The position numbers and the translations under genes were made by a program. The notes beneath the pieces were generated by a model. That model saw only the letters and a list, made by a program, of their open reading frames with translations, made no database searches and had not been told where the DNA came from. From the NCBI GenBank assembly GCA_012026655.1, contig JAAILG010001203.1, positions 1-64,000 of the forward strand: 64,000 nt of DNA, read 5' to 3'. Source of the stretch: Hydrolagus affinis. Its lineage: Eukaryota. Position 1 is the first letter of the stretch; each line of letters starts with the position of its first letter. Below, one piece after another: positions 24,897-37,461 of this stretch.

Positions 24897-27800
24897 GGTA
24901 CTCGGGGTTAGTGTCAAATTTCAAAGAATATCATTATAAAAAAAATTCTTTTTATTTCTTATGTTTTAGGCAAGGATTTTGACAAAGTTTCTCGTGCATA
25001 GTATTACACCACTTTGTGTAATTTGCATATAATAAGAATAAAAGGAAAACTTGTTTCTCATTCTCATCAGAAACTGGAAAGAGCTTTCACTCTCATTTTC
25101 ACACATTATCATCCACACATAAGTCTCTTTGAAATGAGTGGTTTAGATTTTTTTCTTAAATATCAGTTTCAAGAGATAAATGGCAATTATTAATTTTTTT
25201 AATCCACCTAATTAAATATTCATGACTCATTTTCTCAATTAATAAACAACATTTTGCAAATCTAAACAATTAATTTCATAGCTTTACCTTTATTAAACAT
25301 CTGTGCAAAAAATCATTGCATTACATCACTCCATTCTGAAGTTATGACAATAAAGCTGATTACATTCATTCAAAAATCACTTTGAGAAAAACAAAGGAAA
25401 ACATAACCTTTTGTTTTAACATCATGCATTCACATTCTTGTTCAAATACATGTATTTTCAATATCTTTACAAACTAAGAAATAGCACAAATTATATCATT
25501 TTGATTTCATTGATTTGATGATTTATTTGTCTATCATATTTGTGAACAATTTAAACAGCAAGTATACAAATAATTCATTATTTGTATAGTTATTTATATA
25601 ACAAAAATTAGATAATGTGGTAACACATGACAAAGGCAAGCGGTGATGATGTGAAAGTCCCATAATTTCATTACATATATACACATAACAATATTCATAG
25701 GCAATATATACATAGAAAATACAACAATATATACATGTAAACAAATATTTATATTGAATAGATAAATTAAATAATTTTATTAAATGAATTGATTGATTAA
25801 TTAATTAATATGCTCCTGCTTCATATGATGTCCCTTTGCGCTCAGCGATTTGTTTTCCTCCCATTCCTTTCTCAAACGTTCATTCTTTTTCTTTTCAACC
25901 TCACATACATCCCTTTCTGCTTCCCTTATCCTTTTTATGTCTTCCCTATGTGAAGCAAGAGTGGTATATTGAACAACATGTAGGCTTAGAGATGAAAATA
26001 ATCTGTGGCGACTTTGCTCCGCACCAGTGTTGAACATCGAAGCAGCAAGATTGACTGCAATGCGGACAACATCTGGTCCTCTCCACTGGGACGTGGTACA
26101 CCTTTTTCAAATGAGAGAATTGAAACTCATTTTGATTTTGGGTGTACCCAGGGAGACATCTCTCAAGGAGTTTAGGATCACTCAGTCGCATGAATGTCGG
26201 CAAAAGAAGGTCTAGAAATACCTCATCTAGGTGGTAGCTCTTATCCTTCATTAGCTGCCTGTCCTTTTTGTATTTACAAAAGGTGTCAGGTGTGTCGGTG
26301 CAGTACTGGTGCCGGATCTCATCAGGTACTTTGCAGTTGTGATACATCACTGCCAATATCGCCCTCCTCATTTTCTCTACAGCCTGTTTTCTTGCTTCAG
26401 TATCTTTTACTGCTGCTCTGTCCCGCATTTCTGTACAAAGTACTCAGCTTCCCTACCATCCCAGTTTCCCCTGGTGTGAGCCTCCCAGCGCCCCTCCCGA
26501 CATACTTACCATCACTCAACTTTCCTGGTGTCCTGCTCTTCAATGATTCTAATCCCTTCCTCATTCTCTTCCCTATGTGCCCTATACAATCTAGCTTTTC
26601 CACTAAGTCCCCACCCACCACCCCTTATGCATTCTTCACTGTCTCATACGCCTTGCTGTCTCCATCACTTAGCATGTATTTGTATCATAGTTTATGTTTT
26701 TCAATAGACCTTTCCCACAATTTGTTTGCTGAGGCAGCTTCCATCCCCCCACTAGTCCCCTCATAATTAATCTTACATTTGTCCTTATGCCCAGCCCACC
26801 AATCCCTGTACTTTGTACTATCCCAGTCCCTCCTATGCCCAACATCCCCACAATACTTGCTCATAACTTCCCGATCTAAAACTTCCCCAGTATCAACCGA
26901 CAATACAACCCCCACCCCAGTCAAAGATATGAATCCCCTTTTGTGCCAAGCGCCATCGAATGAGACTGCCACATCAATCATCGAATCCTTTGTCACCGTT
27001 GGGTCCTCGTCTATCATCTGTTCCCACAGTTTTCCTGCTGCCTCTGCCATTTTGTGTTTCAAGTGCCTATAAAGACAGAAAAACACAAAGAGAGAGATAG
27101 AAAATAATGTTGTAATGACAAATAATTTGAAACAAATCATTGTATGACTATAAAAATGCATAATTACAAGGAAAACTAATGTAATAAGACTCACTCCTTC
27201 AGATTTTTCCTTGAAGCAACCATACGCAGCTGAAAAGCTGGATCGCTGATGGGTGGCGCAGTTCCAAGGATCGTCATATAATCCGCCATTCCTTGTCTGC
27301 CCAGGCCAATCTCCATTGCAGCGAGAACCAACCTCCTGTTTATGTTTGCACACTGGCCAGGTCCTGGTACATTTTTTGAGGTCCCTGAAGTGTTTGCCCA
27401 CCCACACTTGCTGCATATGAGGTGGATCTGGCTGCAAAGGCCATCAGGCCTCTCATCTTGGATGGAAATATCTCCACCTTTGTTTAAAAAAAGAGAGAAA
27501 AAAAGAAAAAATCATGAAACTATATATAACATGTACACTGCCCAATTTATTTTATCATCTACATTTAATATTTCATCAATGTGAAAAATCTACATTGGCT
27601 AATATCTCCCAATGTTTGATCACGGGCTGACACAGTGCCTACATCGATATACATTATTTAACCTTCCATAAATTTCAAGCACGTAGGATCTAACTTGAAT
27701 TACACGTTTCATTTCTGAGACATATGCACATTTGATAAAATGGGAAGAATTACAAGATATTGCCATTTCCAGTCCATGGCCAATGCAACAATCATGACAA

Positions 27801-28598
27801 GCTCTTGTAATTGCACGAAAATTTGCATGTCCGATATCAACAATCAAGAGCACATAAATGTTGCACACCAGGTCTATTATCAGAAAATTCATTCATCGTA
27901 TAGGTATTCTGATGGTAAAAAGCATAGAAACTCACCTTCTGCACAACTGTGAGCATCACTGATGATGTCAGTTAGCACACCTCTCTCTATAAGATATTTG
28001 GGTAATCCTGTCCCATCCTCCATGCACGAATTTGAAGGTGTGGGACTGCACTGAAGAACTGATGCCATTCCAAGTTTTCTTGCGCTTGGCGTAAGTTCTG
28101 GTGTTTTGGGGGGTGTCAACATTTTCTCCTTGCTGTCTTTTTAGAACATGGTATTGAACACCAGCAAACCCCTTCCTCACCTTCCTACCTGGATTTCTGT
28201 ACGAATTTCGGCCCATGGTTATTGAATATTACAGATGTAAAACAAAGAAGCAGATTATAGCAAAGTTTGCAATGACAGGAAATGGCCTATAGATGGAAGC
28301 ATATATCAGAGTACTCAACTAGGTTGTACCTTTCATTAAAAAAATCAAGAAAAAATATTTAAAAATAGTGATTTTATGACTTTTTTGACAAATGCTCCTT
28401 GCAAAATTAGAACTCGGTTTCAAGGTCATGATATGTAAATTGACTGAGTTTTTTTTTAATTTTAATGACTTTCTGAATTGATTTTTCACTTGAAACTTCA
28501 GCAAAATGTTGAGAACACATCAAAGTGTTGTCATCAAACACATTTTAAACAAAAAACTGAAAAATTATTTTTCACTCAAAATTTGGGTCTGGAGTACC
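24897..28598 (-). mobile_element. Full-length Kolobok-type DNA transposon (3.7 kb), decayed
   Basis: TTAA at 24893-24896 and 28599-28602; termini GGTACTC...GAGTACC with an internal CAAATTT/AAATTTG match; internal DDE transposase gene. Confidence 0.85.
25805..28216 (-). pseudogene. Three-exon DDE transposase pseudogene (exons 28216-27936, 27477-27195, 27066-25805)
   Basis: Both introns are GTGAG..AG with compatible phases. Motifs: RKGFAGVQY, SARKL, LICSKC, INRRLV, VSFDGAWHKRG, CKINYEGTSGGME, SDGDS, LDCIGHIGKRM, GRLT, HQYC, CLPGYTQNQNE, terminal GTSYEAGAY*. At least 3 in-frame stops (26685, 26625, ~26108) and about 4 frameshifts. Confidence 0.88.
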
Positions 28599-28715
28599 TT
28601 AAGCCCAAATTTACCTTAGTACCTTAAGCCCCCCCCTTGAGGGAGGGGGAAGTAAGCTGGGTCTCCTTGGAACTGAATTGGCTCCAAGGTGATAAGTTTG
28701 GCAACAGGATGTACG

Positions 28716-29035
28716 AATAATCCTTGCATTTGATATAGCGCTTTTCACATCTTATCAACGTCCCAAAGCGCTTCACAGAATACACTGTAAACTGAATTGA
28801 CTGTATATTTGTGGGCGAATCGCAGCAGCCAATTGCGCACAGCAGTGTCCCACAAACAGTCGATGATTGAAATGACCAATTTATTATTGTGGTTTTTTTG
28901 GAGGGATTATTATTAGGCGTGTGGAGTAAGGAAACTTGCCCAAGGTTTCGCCCTGACCTGCCTGGTTTTGGACACAGGTCTCACCAGCTTGGTCTCCCCA
29001 GCTTGCAATACAAGTGCTCTCACCCTAAGCCACAG
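28716..29035 (-). mobile_element. Full-length tRNA-derived Deu-domain SINE
   Basis: Reverse complement of the 5142-5467 family. Confidence 0.88.
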
Positions 29036-29076
29036 AAGCTTAAGTATTGACCCCACCCTTTGTGGTGGTCTCGGTT

Positions 29077-29352
29077 ATAATAGTAAATCTTTGTGTTGAT
29101 ATAGCACTTATCATGTCTTCAAGACGTCTCAAAGCACTTCACAGAATATACTGGAAAGTGAAAAGACAGTATATTTTGTGGGTGAAATGCAGCAGACAAT
29201 TGCACCCAGTATTTCCCATAAACAATTGTGGATTTAGTGATAACAGTATTATGATCATTCTTTATTTTAAAAGATTATTGAGATTATTAACCCTGATCCG
29301 CCAATCGATTAACAACTGGGTTCCGATTTACTGCATATGGAGTAAGGAAATC
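29077..29352 (-). mobile_element. Older Deu-SINE copy
   Basis: Degenerate tail and Deu core on the minus strand. Confidence 0.7.
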
Positions 29353-30531
29353 TGCATAATGTTGCTGTCTGGGAGAATCTGCCTGGGAAGCCAACCCAAA
29401 TCCTCAATACACACTAGACTCTACAGATAGTCCAATTCCATTGGCTTCCCATCCCCAGTGAATCAAATTCACAATTCTCATCCTCACGTTCAAATGCCTC
29501 CGTTGCCTCAACTCTCCTTATTGTGACCCCACAGCCCCTGGCTGCTGTCTCCATTCAGCATGCATAGGCCAGTTTTGTCTTCCTGCCACCCTCTGAAACT
29601 CCATCATAGGGTTCCACCATCTCTCTCTTCATACCAAAGCTCCCTTTAAGACCAATCCCTTCAACCAAAGGTTTCAGCCAACTTCCTCTCCCATACCACC
29701 AAATTTCAGCCCCCCCCCACCCCTCTCATCGCCTCCCAACTCATGCTCCCAGTGAGATGCTTGAAAGAATTGGGATGTTCTCCCAATATGAAAGATGATA
29801 TACAAGTGTGAATTGCAGTTGGGTGTATTCTGCTGAGAATGACAATACGACATTATGGAACAAAGCAACACACCAACAAGAAGGTTTAGGTAATCCATCT
29901 GTTATTTTTTTTTATATATAAAATATGTACACTTTTTTTGGTCATGAACAAGTAAAATGGTAAAGCAAGTAAAGCGGAATCACACAAGTCAATATTTGAT
30001 CTTTAGAATCCCTCTTCCCAATAGCCTCTGTACCTCTCAGGATTCTCTCATCCCCTACAAGAAGAAGGGATGGGATGGGGGGGGGGGGGGGGGGCTTCAA
30101 AAAAAACATTGAATTACAAAAAAAAACAACCATACCACGATGCTAAAATAAAATAGCTTACATTAAGTGCAGGGTAAAAGCCTTGATAAAAAGCTTGATT
30201 GCAACACAACAATATTAATTTTTGCAGTTTAAATACAAGACTTTCATTGAAGTTTTCCTGTTTTGCTTTGAAATACATAGTCTTACAGGTGCCACTGATT
30301 TTGTTTTTAAGCTGTATACACAACCAGCTGTAACACTTAACAGTAATATAATTACACAGGAGCTTACAGGTTATAGTAACGTGGTAAGTACACAACTAAA
30401 ATACTGGCAACTCATGTTGAAATGTACTTTCTTTTCCTTCAAGGTGTTTAATGTTATTGAGTGCTATCTCCAGACAGGTGACCAGTCACCTGGTTTTGTA
30501 CTCTATAGCCACAGTCTCAATGCTTTGACCT

Positions 30532-30775
30532 TTATTGTATCCAGATGGTATTATTCCTCTCTGGTCTTCTTGGCTCCACAGTCAGGTCTCCAAATGTTGA
30601 GAAAAACTGCTCCATCTCCTTCTGTAACATTTCATTCCGTTTCTCTGCGTCCTCCCGGGCACGATCGGTGTTCCTCATTTTGATTTCCACCATAGTGTAC
30701 TTCTTCCTCTCCTGGTCCAGCTCCTCATGCAGCACCATCAATTCAGACTCCAGCTCTACGTTCTTCTGCTCCACA
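30532..30775 (-). CDS. ARHGAP24: ARHGAP24 last coding exon (coiled coil / filamin-binding C-terminus) (S)[12 protein letters not shown]...[24 protein letters not shown]
   Basis: Acceptor gttatcag; the C-terminus ...NTIWIQ matches human ARHGAP24. Confidence 0.96.
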
Positions 30776-30849
30776 CTGATAACAGCATAAAACGTGATTA
30801 ATTAAGAACAAGCAAGGAAGATGGCAAAATATTCAATGCTGATAAATAA

Positions 30850-31225
30850 TAACAATCCCCCAATAATAATAATCCTGATATTTGATACAAAGCCTTTCAT
30901 GCCAGGAGAACATCTCAAATTGCTTCGTAGGTTTTACTGTAAAATGTAGTGACTGTGTAATTTGTTGGGAGAAACCAATTGCCATCAGTGAAGTCATTAC
31001 TTGATTGACTGTTTGTGGGTTGCAGACAATGTAGTGAATGACCAATTATATCTGTGGGTTCGTTGGTTAGGACACCAGGGAGAAACTCCTTTCTACTTCC
31101 GAATAGTGCCAATGGGATCTTTGACAGCCATCTGAACAGGAAGATGTGACCTTGTTATTTTATTTCATGTCTCATACAACAATGCAGGACACTCTGGCAC
31201 TGTTTTGAAGCATCAGCCTAGATAG
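30850..31225 (-). mobile_element. Old long-form Deu-SINE (SacSINE1-like), degenerate
   Basis: Minus-strand CTGTTCAGATGGCTGTCAAAGATCCCATTGGCACTATT and GAGTTTCTCCCTGGTGTCC, similar to 33328-33789. Confidence 0.65.
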
Positions 31226-31971
31226 TGTGAGTTAAATATGATGGGCAGATGTGGACTGAAAGTTCATGGCATTAACTTTGGACAGTCAGTTTAACACAGT
31301 GAATGAACATCCATATAGCATACACAATAGTTACAAATATAATAGGCAGGAAGAGGCCATTATTATATTATTATAGCTAAAGCCTTCTGGGGCAGCACAT
31401 TTCACATTTTCACAATACTGAATTAACAGGTAGGTTAGCAAATAAGGTAACAACAACAACAAAGTTACCTTTGTATAACACCTTTCAGATCGGGAGGATG
31501 TCCCAAGGTGCTGGAGTAAGTAAGGTGTACATAACAAGGTACTAAATATGTTAAGATCAGTTTTGATCAGGTTGTAAAGTAGAAGATCAAAAGAACAAGA
31601 AGGAGAACATATAATAAAATAATAATAAAATAAATTATCCTTGTATTTTTTATAGTGCCTCGCCATGTCAAAATATTTGAAAAGCACGTCATAGGATTCA
31701 CAGAAGACAGTGAACAATAGTGTAGAGAGTAGTGATTGTACTTTATAGACAAAATGATGGAAATATGGAATGCTTTTATGGAATGCTTTTGTGCCCCCGC
31801 CTGTCTCTCCGACCTGCTGTCTCCCTAACAACTAGCCCATCCCCTCCGTTCGCTTCCTCCCTTTCCTCCTTCAAGGCCAGTCTTAAAACCTTCCTATTTG
31901 ACCTTACCTTCTGCTTCCCTCCTAATTCTCCCCCCTCTCCTACTCTCCTTCCCCCAGGAAAGCTTGTGTGG

Positions 31972-32255
31972 TAATAATAATTAAAATAATCCTTGTATTT
32001 GATATAGTTCTTTTCGCACCCTCTAGACATTTCAAAGTGCTTCACAGAATATACTGTAAAAGAGGGATTGACTGCATATGTATGTGGACGAAACGCGGCA
32101 GCCAATTGTGCCCAGCAGTATCCCACAACAGGCATGGATTGAAATGACCAATTTATTATTGTTGTTTTAGAGATATTAATAAGGTGTGTGGAGTAAGGAA
32201 GGTTGCTCAAGGTTTTGCCCTGCCTGGAATTGAACCTAGGTCTCTCGCTTGTAAG
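31972..32255 (-). mobile_element. tRNA-derived Deu-domain SINE
   Basis: Tail, Deu core and B-box on the minus strand. Confidence 0.85.
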
Positions 32256-32522
32256 TTGGTAATTGGAAAATGTCACAGTCAGGATATGGAAAAACTTTGT
32301 GACATTGGGGCTGAGGTATATTTTTGGAGTGGATGGAGATAACAAGTTTATATTTTAAACTGCAAACACTATGCAAACACCAAATATATGTTGAGTCAAT
32401 GCTATAGATTGGTCTGCCTTTGTTGGATGCCTCAGTTGTCAAGTCCACATGCCTGTAGTTACCCTCTCTGTCAGCCTGCTGGTATCTTACTGTAAACAGT
32501 TCTCATGGTTAACTGGCATAGA

Positions 32523-32935
32523 AAATAATACTAATAATAATTGTTGCATTTTAAATAGCCTTTCACATCAGAAGGATGTCTCAAAAAGCTTCAAAGGCTT
32601 TAAAGTCCAGCGACTGCATTTTGTGTGAGAAAATGTAGCCAAATAATCACAGCAATGTCCGACAAACAGCCAAGAATTGAACAGCCAAGTTTATCTGGGA
32701 GAATTGTTGGCCAGGACATCATGAAAAAAACTCTTCTCTTTTCCAAAGAGTGCCATGGGATCTTTAACATCCATTTGAATAGGCCAATGGGACCTCCATT
32801 TAACATTTCATCCAACAAGGCAGCTCTCCCGCCACACTGCACTGGGGCATCAGCCTAGCTTGTAAATTCAAAGTCCCAACATAGGGCATGAATCCACAAA
32901 CTTCTGAATGTGAGACAAGAGATCTAACTGAGCTG
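32523..32935 (-). mobile_element. Old long-form Deu-SINE (SacSINE1-like)
   Basis: Minus-strand GGATGAAATGTTAAATGGAGG...GGATGTTAAAGATCCCATGGCAC. Confidence 0.7.
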
Positions 32936-33327
32936 ATCTAACAAGGCTGATTTAGAAAAGCTAATAATGGACAACTTATTCATGTGACATCAGCCCTAGT
33001 TACAGCTGTCTCAGTGCCCATGTTGCATTTATATATATAAAACTTGAGCTAGAGAGAGATCTGTTACAGCAATTAGTGACGTGTAGATATACTTATTTTA
33101 AAAGACATGTTTAAAATGGCAGGTGTGTACGTATGTTTGGAAGTATAAGCTGACTTGATGAAACCCTATTTACATCTTATTCCTGTGTATTTTTGAAGCT
33201 TTTTACCCAATCAAAACATTGTGTTCTGTTACATAGATTCACCGTGTCTCCGGCATGCGCTGCACAAGCTAGAGGTCACTTAACCGAAACCTGATCAGTA
33301 TGACCTTTTGAATCACCACCCTACTGT

Positions 33328-33756
33328 AAGGTTGGCTCAGCGGCACGCTCTAGTCTCCGAATCAGATGGTTGTGGGTTCAAGCCCCAAATCTGGACTTGA
33401 ACGCACGTAGTCTAAGGTGACACTCCAATCCAGCACTGGGGGTGGGGGGGGTCTACATTGTCAGAGGTGCAGTCTTTCGGATGTGATGTTAAACCGAGGT
33501 CCATCTCGGTTTTTGAGAGGATGTTAAAAATCTCATCACAATATATGAAAAGAGAAGGGAGTTTCTCCTGGTGTTCTAGCCAATAATCCCCCAAATAAAA
33601 TTGACCATTTGTGTCATGGCTGTTTATGGGACATTGCTGAGCACAATTATGCTGCCACATTTGCCTAGAAGTACACAGTCACTTCATTTCACAATAAATT
33701 CTGTGTGCTATGAGACATCCTTCCAATGAGATAAGGCACTATAGCAAATGCAAGGA

Positions 33757-33789
<33 letters not shown>
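33328..33789 (+). mobile_element. Long-form tRNA/Deu SINE (SacSINE1-like, ~460 bp)
   Basis: Head TGGCTCAG...GGTTCAAGCCC; full Deu domain (GTCAGAGGTGCAGTCTTTCGGATG..GTTAAACCGAGG); L2-like tail with (TTA)n. Confidence 0.8.
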
Positions 33790-34225
33790 GTCACGACCCT
33801 ACAGTCACCAACCTTTGAAAGGTCCACCTGATATGAAATCATATATAAAATATCAGGAATTATGTATTTATTTATTGCTATAATAGCATGCTGCTCAGGA
33901 GCGGTAAGGCCAGAGTAAACCAAGGTAAACATAACCACAACCCTATAAGCCAAGGGCCAGGCTGCTCATCGTACTGTGCTGGGAAGGTCTCTTTACAGTT
34001 TCATGCTTAGCATCATTGATGTACGTCCAGCACTGAGCAACATTTCTAAAAATATAGTAACACAAGCTTAAAATTACATCTCAGCTGCTCTATTAAATTT
34101 ACATACAGTACTCACTCCTATTCATTTGTGAAAAAAAATTATTTTGCTCACACCACATGTGGATAATGTCTACAGTTGGATGCAAATCAATCAAATCATT
34201 GATTTCAAAGGTGCTGTCAGCTCAC

Positions 34226-34325
34226 NNNNNNNNNNNNNNNNNNNNNNNNNNNNNNNNNNNNNNNNNNNNNNNNNNNNNNNNNNNNNNNNNNNNNNNNNNN
34301 NNNNNNNNNNNNNNNNNNNNNNNNN
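34226..34325. other. Assembly gap (100 N), followed by an L2 fragment (34326-34500, -)
   Basis: Run of N; adjacent minus-strand PTLWNS / LKTPLF L2 motifs. Confidence 0.95.
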
Positions 34326-34710
34326 TGCCGATGGTTCCATCGAAGAGGGGAGTCTTGAGGCAGGACTTGGAAGGAGGCCAGGGAAGGGGCGAAGCAGAGG
34401 GACTGTGGGATGGAGTTCCAGAGGTTGGGAGCAGAGTGGCTGATGGCTCGCCCGCCAATTGTGGGTCAGGTGGGTCGGGGGATGTGGAGCAGGCCAGATA
34501 ATGATAGTTCATCATCAGGGATTCGCATTGATCAGAAAGGAATTCTTTTGAGCTTATATTTAAGACTTAACAATTCAGTGGGTTTAAGGAGCAGCAGATT
34601 GCGTAGAACCTAACTGCAGTGTCTGATGCTGATATCAAAAGACCCAAAATGGAAAAAATGTTTCATTTCCCAGAAACAAAAGTGATCTTGCGCACTGAAA
34701 AGGCACCTAC

Positions 34711-35794
34711 CTTTTTATCCTTGCTTCATACTCAATCTTCTGCTTGGTTACCTCTTGCTTCAAGCTTGCAACTAGGCTGTGCAAAGCACTGTGATTGCCC
34801 GTAGAAGCATTGGAGACAAAAGTGTCGCTGTTATCGCTGCTATTAGTCCCACGGCTACTGCGACTGCCCCCGCTACTTCGCTCGTACTTGTTCTCATATT
34901 CCGTCTGAAGGGACTGCTCTTGTGCTGGTCCCTCTAAAGCTGGGTCCTCATAGTTCCCCACGTAAATATCTTGGTCTGGACAGGTGGTCGTAGAGGAGCG
35001 ACAGGAATTGGAATTCTCTAGCAGAGAGATCTCACAGGATGAGGTGGACCAAGTGGCACTGTCCACGCTTTGCTTGTCGTCACAGTTTGAAAGTAAAAAT
35101 TGCTGCTGAACATTGTCATAGGTGGACAGTCTGTTCTGTTGCATAGATTCACCGAGTCCCAAGTCCTTGCACTTACTGTCTCTCAATGTAACATACCCAT
35201 TGGGCATCCAGGCTCCAATTCGGTTGTTCAAAGAGGAATTCATCATATCTGCGCTGGAAATTCCCATTCTCACGCCCCCATTCTGCACACTGCCGGTCCC
35301 CATTTTAGTCCCAGTTCCTTTTAGCGATGAGTTCCTTCGAGCCTGCAGGCTTCCGTTTGGCAATGATTGCATTTTCTCCTGGTTCTCGGCAGGACTGCTG
35401 AAGGAGCCGTTGGTGACTATGCCACTACCCTTGGAATACGCGGGATTCTTCTTCACCATAATAGGAGGGCTTCTGTTAACATCCACTTTGCTCAGGCTGG
35501 TCCTGGGACTCCCCGATCTGTTGCTGCTGTTCAGGGCAGTCGGAGATCCACACTCATTACTTGCTCTTTGTGGCGGTTCTGAATTGTCCCAGGAACATTG
35601 ACGAATTGCCTCAGGCGTTGGCTTTTTGTTCTCTTTGTTCAGAGGCTGTGGAAACGTTACCGTGGATTTCTTTGGCATTTCATTGTTGTTGTTGCACCCA
35701 TCCTGCCTGGTCTGAATCTCCTCCCCTTCTTTGGGAAATAACGTGCTATGCTCACTTATCAAGACCGACATTAATTGCTGAACCAGAACTGTAC
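34711..35794 (-). CDS. ARHGAP24: ARHGAP24 large exon (1084 nt): end of RhoGAP, Ser-rich spacer, start of coiled coil
   Basis: (G)TVLVQQLMSVLISEH...RLSTYDNV...SATWSTSSCEISL...HSALHSLVASLKQEVTKQKIEYEARIK(S); ttgcag / GTAGGT boundaries. Confidence 0.97.
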
Positions 35795-35904
35795 CTGCAA
35801 AAGGGATATACATTTTTAATGATTAATTCCCTGGAATAGCATACAATAAAACATTGGTTAGTCTACAGGTTGAATTCATATGACGGTTATTACACTGGAC
35901 TCTT

Positions 35905-36543
35905 GTCCATACATTCGTCACATCAAGGCTTGACTACGGAAACTCGCTCCTCGTCAGCCTTCCCAGCTCTTCTTTTCACAAGCTGCAGATCATCCAGAAC
36001 TCTGCAGCTCATGTCCTCTCCTGCACCAAACTCCGCGACCACATCACTCCGCTACCCTCATCCGGCTCCATTGGCTCCTCAATCCCCAGAGGATCAAATT
36101 CAAGATCCCCATCCTCACTTTCAAAGCCATTCACGGCATTCCCCCTCCTATCTCTCCGACCTGCTGTCCCCTATGAACCTCCCAGCCCACTCCGTTCAGT
36201 GAGCTCCGGTCTGCTCCATGTCCCCCAAATGGCCCACCTGACCATTGGTGGATGGGCTTTCAGCCTCTCTGCCCCCACACTCTGGAATTCCATCCCACAA
36301 TCCCTTCACTTTGCGTCCTCCCTTGCCTCCTTCAAGGCTGGTCTCAAAACTCTCCTCTTCGATTGTGCCTTCTGCTACCCTTCCAAATCTCCTCTCCTAA
36401 TTCTCTCCCTTCCCTTCCCCCTACTCTGGCCCTTCCCCATGCTTGGGTCCTGACCTGACTGTTCAGCGCCTTGGGACGTTCTCCCGGCGTGAAAGGTGCT
36501 CTAGAAATGTAATCTTGATGTTGTTGTTGTTGTTGTTGTTGTT
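35905..36543 (+). mobile_element. L2 LINE 3' fragment
   Basis: LDYGNS / LQIIQNSAAH / APTLWNSIP motifs and (TTG)n tail. Confidence 0.9.
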
Positions 36544-37069
36544 GGACTCAGTGCTATCGGTTTGGAACTGAGTCAAATACCTAGGTTTGATCTTAGGTCA
36601 AAATGTAAGTATGCATACAAAATATATAGCCACTTCACTTTACAGTAAAAATTCTGTGAAGCCCTTTGTGATTCCTCCAGGCTTGAATAGCAGTATATTG
36701 AATGCAAGGAATTTTTGATTTACGTAGGTCTGTACTGAGTTAGCTAATCAGAGCCATGCTATTGGTAGCAGAGATACAATGTGCCTCAGTGCCACAGGCG
36801 AGAAAGGAAATAAACTGTCTCTCTTGCTTTCTTAGGATCAACTGTGATGTCCTCTGGTCTGAATTTCAAAAGACCAAGCTTGAAATCTCTTATGTTCTTC
36901 GGCTTAAAATTTAAGATTCTGCTGTGGGTAAGATGTGTAAGTTCCGCTGTGTGTAAGATTCAGTGCCTTGGGACGTCCTCCAGATGTGAGAGGCACTCTA
37001 AAATATAATTTTGTTGTTGTGTGCAACTTTAGAATATTATTCATTCGTATCTTGCAAGCTGATATATTG

Positions 37070-37461
37070 TAATAATCCTAAGAATATGTGCATTTGATAT
37101 AGCGCTTAATCACATCTTTGAGACATCTCAAAGCACCTCGCAGAAAATACTGTAAATTGAATTGACTACATATTTTGTGTGTAAATCACAGCAGACACAG
37201 TGCACAGTTCAGTAATGCACAGTAATGTCCCACAAGCAGTTGTGGATTGGATGACCAAATTTTTTAAAAAAAAATTAATTATTACACCCAGAAAAGTGAT
37301 CCACCAATCGAATAATAACCGGGTTCCTACCTATTGCTAGGTAAACAGAGGTGTGTAGAGTAGGTAAACAGATGTGAGTAGAGTAGGTGAACCTGCCTAA
37401 CGTTTTGACCTGTCCAGAAATCGAACCTGGGTCCTCTCTCTTGCGAGGCGAGTGCTCTAAC
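37070..37461 (-). mobile_element. tRNA-SINE variant with an additional internal segment
   Basis: Same head and tail as the main family plus CCTCTGTTTACCTAGCAATAGGTAGGAACC, similar to 61830-61985. Confidence 0.7.

Noticed and set aside
26685-27437. 250-aa ORF taken as one continuous protein
   Set aside because: Its N-terminal half is an off-frame reading of transposase exon 2 plus intron 27194-27067; only the part from 27066 onward is the true frame.
24897-28598. piggyBac assignment (TTAA TSD) or a domesticated host gene
   Set aside because: Termini are GG..CC rather than CCY..RGG, motifs are not piggyBac DDD, and multiple stops and frameshifts exclude a functional gene.
30531-30536. AATAAA overlapping the ARHGAP24 stop (CAA TAA A)
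   Set aside because: Probably a by-product of Gln-stop codons; several hundred bp of UTR-like unique sequence follow.
35100-35839. Plus-strand ORFs (up to 159 aa) antisense to the ARHGAP24 large exon, and similar ORFs at 26194 and 30545
   Set aside because: Shadow ORFs of real coding sequence; no independent signals.
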